Below are positions 60,353-64,000 of a DNA stretch of 64,000 nt, piece after piece (the stretch's first letter is position 1; every line of letters begins with the position of its first letter). Location: the NCBI GenBank assembly GCA_049515895.1, contig JBEKTQ010000010.1, positions 66,259 through 130,258 on the forward strand, written 5' to 3'. A model generated the notes under the pieces. The model had not been told where the DNA came from. It worked only from the letters and a program-made list of their open reading frames with translations, and ran no database searches. Origin of the DNA: Candidatus Bathyarchaeia archaeon (GTDB taxonomy: Archaea > Thermoproteota > Bathyarchaeia > Bathyarchaeales > Bathycorpusculaceae). The translations under genes were made by a program, and so were the position numbers.

Positions 60353-61039
60353 CTGAGAATAGCATATCCTTTTGAATTTGACCTAAATCCTAAAGTTATG
60401 GATAACGGGATTCATTGGGTGACATTGCGGTTGAAAAACGTTGGCAGTGAAACCTTACAGGGTCTCGATGTAAAATTACACACACTTGACTCTTATTCTA
60501 TTAGGGTCTTGGGAACCGGAGAGTATTTTTCCAGTCTTGCTCCTGAAGAACAGGCAACTGGATCTTTTCAAGTTGAAGCGACCGTAACAAGTGAAGTGTA
60601 CGTTTCTGTGTCCGGTTCAACAAGCAAAGGTCCTTTCTCAATGGATTCTCCCTGGGCAACGATCGAGGTAACTGGAAATGCAGCAGAACTCATATCTATT
60701 TTTGCCATGACAATGCCCTACACTCCCATAGGAAAGGCTGTCAGGGTCGAGGCAAGAGTTAAGGGACTTAGGTACAGCGAAAATCTTGATTTAGAGTTTT
60801 GGGCAAGAAAACCCTCCGGAGAGCTAGCAAAGATTGACATCCAAAAGCTTTCTGGGGGCGAAGAGCAACGTTACTCGGCCGAAATCACGCCTAAACAAGA
60901 AGGGTTTTACATAATACACGGATACCTCTATGACAACAACAAAAGAATAGGCCTCAAGACCTGCACTATATGGGCTGAAGAACAATTAACACCACATACC
61001 CCATTCAGGGCAACTTATGGAGAGACGAGAGGAGGTTAA
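60353..61039 (+). CDS. Unknown tandem Ig-like domain protein (paralogue 2), CTG start
   Basis: GGTGA SD then CTG AGA ATA GCA TAT CCT TTT GAA. Confidence 0.8.
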   Translation: MRIAYPFEFDLNPKVMDNGIHWVTLRLKNVGSETLQGLDVKLHTLDSYSIRVLGTGEYFSSLAPEEQATGSFQVEATVTSEVYVSVSGSTSKGPFSMDSPWATIEVTGNAAELISIFAMTMPYTPIGKAVRVEARVKGLRYSENLDLEFWARKPSGELAKIDIQKLSGGEEQRYSAEITPKQEGFYIIHGYLYDNNKRIGLKTCTIWAEEQLTPHTPFRATYGETRGG

Positions 61040-61043
61040 GAGA

Positions 61044-61685
61044 ATGAGGCTTGTTTATCCTTTTGAGTTTGAATTGAACCCCAAAGAGATAGATACAGGA
61101 ATTCAATGGGTTAGGCTACGATTAAAGAACATAGGTGATGAGACCGTGCATGGTCTTGATGTAAAATTGCACTCTCTTGATAGTTTCGGTATTTCAATTT
61201 TCGGAACAGGAGAATACATCTTCATGTTGATGCCTGGCGAAGAAAAATTCCGTGCTTTTCAAGTCTTAGCTGACGCAACAACAGAGTTGTACGTTTCTGT
61301 CGCCGGTCTCAAAGATAGGGAACGTTTCTTGGTAGAATCCCCTTGGGTAACGGTCAAGGTGGGTAAGGAGGTTGCGGAGCTTGAATCTGTGTTCGCGTTG
61401 ACTGAACCATATACTTCGATGGGTAAAGTCGTCAAAATCGAAGCAAAAGTCAAAGGATTAAAAGACAGCAAAGGGCTTGATCTAGAATTCCGGGCACAAA
61501 CGCCTTCTGGAGAATCGAAGGAGCTTGCAAAAATAGAAACTAAGGAGCTTTCTGCTGGACAAGAAGTACGATACACAGCTGAGATGACGCCCAAAGAAAG
61601 CGGATTCTTCACCATCCATGCATATCTGTACCACAACTGGCGAAGAATAGGTCATAAGTCAGAAACTATTTGGGTGGAAAAATAG
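61044..61685 (+). CDS. Unknown tandem Ig-like domain protein (paralogue 3)
   Basis: GGAGGT SD, ATG 61044, MRLVYPFEFELNPKE. Confidence 0.8.
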   Translation: MRLVYPFEFELNPKEIDTGIQWVRLRLKNIGDETVHGLDVKLHSLDSFGISIFGTGEYIFMLMPGEEKFRAFQVLADATTELYVSVAGLKDRERFLVESPWVTVKVGKEVAELESVFALTEPYTSMGKVVKIEAKVKGLKDSKGLDLEFRAQTPSGESKELAKIETKELSAGQEVRYTAEMTPKESGFFTIHAYLYHNWRRIGHKSETIWVEK

Positions 61686-61749
61686 ACAATCCGATTTAGA
61701 CAGAAGACGACTACCACATAATGAGTCGTGATTCTAGATTTAATTATCA

Positions 61750-61779
61750 GTCGTTGTAGTGTACGGCAACTTCTTATTA
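61750..61779 (+). promoter_or_regulatory. GTCG-N10-CGGC site plus TATA
   Basis: TCAGTCGTTGTAGTGTACGGCAACTTCTTATTA upstream of tusA copy 2. Confidence 0.7.
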
Positions 61780-61826
61780 GCATAGAAATGTTTTCTATCT
61801 TAGAATTGGGATATAACGGAGGTAAT

Positions 61827-62081
61827 TTGACGAAGGTCAAACCTAGTAGAAAACTAGACTGCTTAGGTCTTTATTGCCCCGAACCCGTTTTTAAGACGAA
61901 GGCAGAATTGAATAAGATGAAGGTTGGGGAGACTCTTGAGGTTATTGCAGATGATCCTGCTGCTGAATCTGATATTAGGAGCCTCATCAAACACTTACAC
62001 CAAGAGATAATAGCCACTAACAAAGAAGGAGAAGAAACGCACATTTTAATCAAGAAAATAAGAGCAAGTAACAACGAATGA
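61827..62081 (+). CDS. tusA: TusA/SirA-family sulfur carrier (copy 2)
   Basis: LDCLGLYCPEP; GGAGGT SD before TTG 61827. Confidence 0.9.
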   Translation: MTKVKPSRKLDCLGLYCPEPVFKTKAELNKMKVGETLEVIADDPAAESDIRSLIKHLHQEIIATNKEGEETHILIKKIRASNNE

Positions 62082-62220
62082 GCGCAATTATCTACTTTGT
62101 ACATGAAGCAAGTATTATGTAACCAAGCAAGCGTCCTGGCGCGACTATTGCACAACTATTTTTTATATGCAATATTTGTTGAAGCACCCATTTTTCCAGA
62201 GATTCCGAATTGAGTTATCA

Positions 62221-62250
62221 GTCGTTGTGGTGTACGGCAATTTCTTATTA
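62221..62250 (+). promoter_or_regulatory. GTCG-N10-CGGC site plus TATA
   Basis: TCAGTCGTTGTGGTGTACGGCAATTTCTTATTA upstream of DsrE copy 2. Confidence 0.7.
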
Positions 62251-62287
62251 GGTCAAGAGCGGCACTAATTATTTAGGCGACGAAACT

Positions 62288-62707
62288 ATGTCTGAAAAAA
62301 AGAAACTCGCGCTGATTGTTCATAGCGGTACTTTAGACAAACTTTATTGCGCATTTATATTAGGGTCTACCGCAACGACAATGGGCTGGGAAGTTCATCT
62401 GTATTTTACATTTTGGGGTCTAACGGCGATTGTCAAAGGAGCAATGGAGAAGGCAGGTTTGCCCGGAGATTACAAACAAATGGAAAATCAAATGAGAGAA
62501 AGACTAAAGCAGATGAAGTATCCGACACCTTATGAGTTGCTTAAACGGATGAAGGAGTCTGGGCTCGTTAAAATATATGCATGCACTCCGACCATGCAAA
62601 TGTTCAATATCAAGAAAGAAGAACTAATTCCTGAAGTAGATCAAATGGCTGGCGCCAGCACATTTTTGGATGTTGCGGCAGATGCGGACGTAACTCTTCT
62701 GGTTTAG
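62288..62707 (+). CDS. DsrE2-like protein (copy 2)
   Basis: Close paralogue of 39498-39917. Confidence 0.9.
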   Translation: MSEKKKLALIVHSGTLDKLYCAFILGSTATTMGWEVHLYFTFWGLTAIVKGAMEKAGLPGDYKQMENQMRERLKQMKYPTPYELLKRMKESGLVKIYACTPTMQMFNIKKEELIPEVDQMAGASTFLDVAADADVTLLV

Positions 62708-62731
62708 TTCAAAAAATAAAGCATGTTATGA

Positions 62732-63078
62732 TTATGCAGTATCCACTTCAATGTCTTTATCTTCTAGCATCTTGATAAATGGCCCACCTTTACGCACGAT
62801 CTCTCCTAAACAATCCTTATCTGTCTCTAAGATTAGGTGCCACGCATGGTACCAGCCTCTATTGCCAAATAGAAATCCTGGTCAGAATCTGAGAAAAGAG
62901 GCAGTCGCATTTCGTACACTCGGCCATTCAACATTTCTCGCTTGGTTGTTTCCATGCATTCCACTATTTTCTCCGCCTTTTCCTCTAAACTTTTTTTTAT
63001 GCGTTGCCTCTTTCTTTTCGGAGTTCTTACTTTTTTGTTCCAATATATCTGGTAATCTTTAATTGAAAATTTGCTCAA
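62732..63078 (-). pseudogene. Hypothetical protein copy 2, 1-nt frameshift
   Basis: 347 nt vs 348 nt for copy 1; AWHLILETDKD continues in another frame near 62848. Confidence 0.75.
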
Positions 63079-63112
63079 AGACTTCAGCTTGTTAAATCCA
63101 GAACTTTTTTGT

Positions 63113-63514
63113 TTATCTCGCTGTTAGGTGTTCCAAAGGAGTGCTTGGTCCAACATTTTCTTCTTTTTTGACTAAAAAGCCTTTGATGGCGTCACGCACC
63201 TTTTCGAACAGATGAAAACCTACAACATTGCCTATGACTCTGCCCTGATAGAAAACCTCTATCGTAGGAACTGTCCGGACTCCTCGTCTATGCGCTAGAC
63301 TTCTATTATTGGTGCTGGATAGAACGTCGATTCTTAAGAACTTCGCGTCGCCATGCAGAGCGTGGGCAAGTTCTTCGTAAACAGGCGCAAACTTTATGCA
63401 GTGCGGGCAGGAATGGCTAAAAAATTCGACTACTATGGGTTCCTCCGATCTAAGAACTTCTTTGTCGAAAGAAGCAGCAGAAATATCTTTGACTTCGGAA
63501 ACTACGTTTTGCAT
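63113..63514 (-). CDS. Thioredoxin (CPHC, copy 2)
   Basis: IVVEFFSHSCPHC, VRTVPT. Confidence 0.9.
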   Translation of the reverse strand: MQNVVSEVKDISAASFDKEVLRSEEPIVVEFFSHSCPHCIKFAPVYEELAHALHGDAKFLRIDVLSSTNNRSLAHRRGVRTVPTIEVFYQGRVIGNVVGFHLFEKVRDAIKGFLVKKEENVGPSTPLEHLTAR

Positions 63515-63577
63515 TCCTTTTTTCCTCCTCAGCCAAACTTATTATGAAAAGCGACCATTTTATTTAAATGCGTATCA

Positions 63578-63607
63578 GTCGAGGCGCAGTACGGCAATTT
63601 CTTATTA
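63578..63607 (+). promoter_or_regulatory. GTCG-N10-CGGC site between divergent TATA boxes
   Basis: TCAGTCGAGGCGCAGTACGGCAATTTCTTATTA; TTTAAAT on the thioredoxin side. Confidence 0.7.
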
Positions 63608-63751
63608 GCACGCACAGGATTATAAAATGCAATTGGTCTGTCAACTGCAAGGCAGGATACTCTGGACCAAATATCTGGATTAAAATAGCAAGACCGAGTT
63701 GCCTTGCAAAGTAAACTTGCACCAAGAGATAGATGTATGAGGGAGTTCTTT

Positions 63752-64000
63752 ATGGATGAATGGATTTTGTTACAGCCAATCAAGATCGGTCCTTTGTCGC
63801 TAAGAAACAGGATTGTGATGGCTCCAATGTGCAGTCGGCTTGCTGGTTCTAATGGCTCTGTGACACAGAAAATGATAAGTTACTACTCGGAAAGAGCCAG
63901 AGGCGGCGTAGGAATGATTATTATCGAGTATAGTTATGTCGATGAAAAAGAGAGCAAAGCGGCCATAAGTCAACTTGGTGTTCAAAATGATCATATGATA
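63752..64000 (+). CDS. NADH:flavin oxidoreductase / Old Yellow Enzyme family (N-terminal, runs off window)
   Basis: LQPIKIGPLSLRNRIVMAPM, YYSERARGGVGMIIIE. Confidence 0.92.
   Translation, partial: MDEWILLQPIKIGPLSLRNRIVMAPMCSRLAGSNGSVTQKMISYYSERARGGVGMIIIEYSYVDEKESKAAISQLGVQNDHMI

Larger units (their letters stand above)
33400..64000. mobile_element. Accessory mosaic region / island downstream of tRNA-Pro (right end not seen)
   Basis: Switch from core genes to pseudogenes, duplications, IS and provirus relics; first (GC)n tract 18 bp after the tRNA. Confidence 0.7.

Noticed and set aside
33400-64000. CRISPR array or classical integron attC array
   Set aside because: No regular repeat-spacer units, no recurrent attC hairpins with GTTRRRY, and no cas or intI gene seen

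Overview
Archaeal chromosome segment; gene content and order point to TACK, most likely Ca. Bathyarchaeia (inference). Positions 1-33.4 kb are core genome: Aeropyrum-type mevalonate pathway genes (ipk, two AcnX subunits, UbiD-like, mvk), MEMO1-rps2-eno, SAMP, aIF5B, Topo VI, ABCE1, thiL, trmY, a pilin/Roadblock cluster, cgi121, THUMP, thermosome, trxB, tRNA-Thr(CGT) and tRNA-Pro(TGG). A 30 kb accessory mosaic starts right after tRNA-Pro. It holds redox/sulfur/stress genes, duplicated modules, provirus relics, gene fragments and two IS elements. The strongest unexplained signal is a series of more than 20 short (GC)n tracts at gene and fragment junctions in this mosaic. Both IS elements sit directly between such tracts, suggesting (GC)n-targeted transposition or cassette shuffling. 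Other signals: a GYCG-N10-CGGC motif just upstream of TATA boxes, three paralogues of an unknown tandem Ig-like protein around a kinase pair, several apparent non-canonical starts (CTG, ACG, ATA), an acidic Trp-rich micro-ORF upstream of ABCE1 and a C/D-box sRNA candidate. All calls come from reading motifs by eye; no database searches were run.
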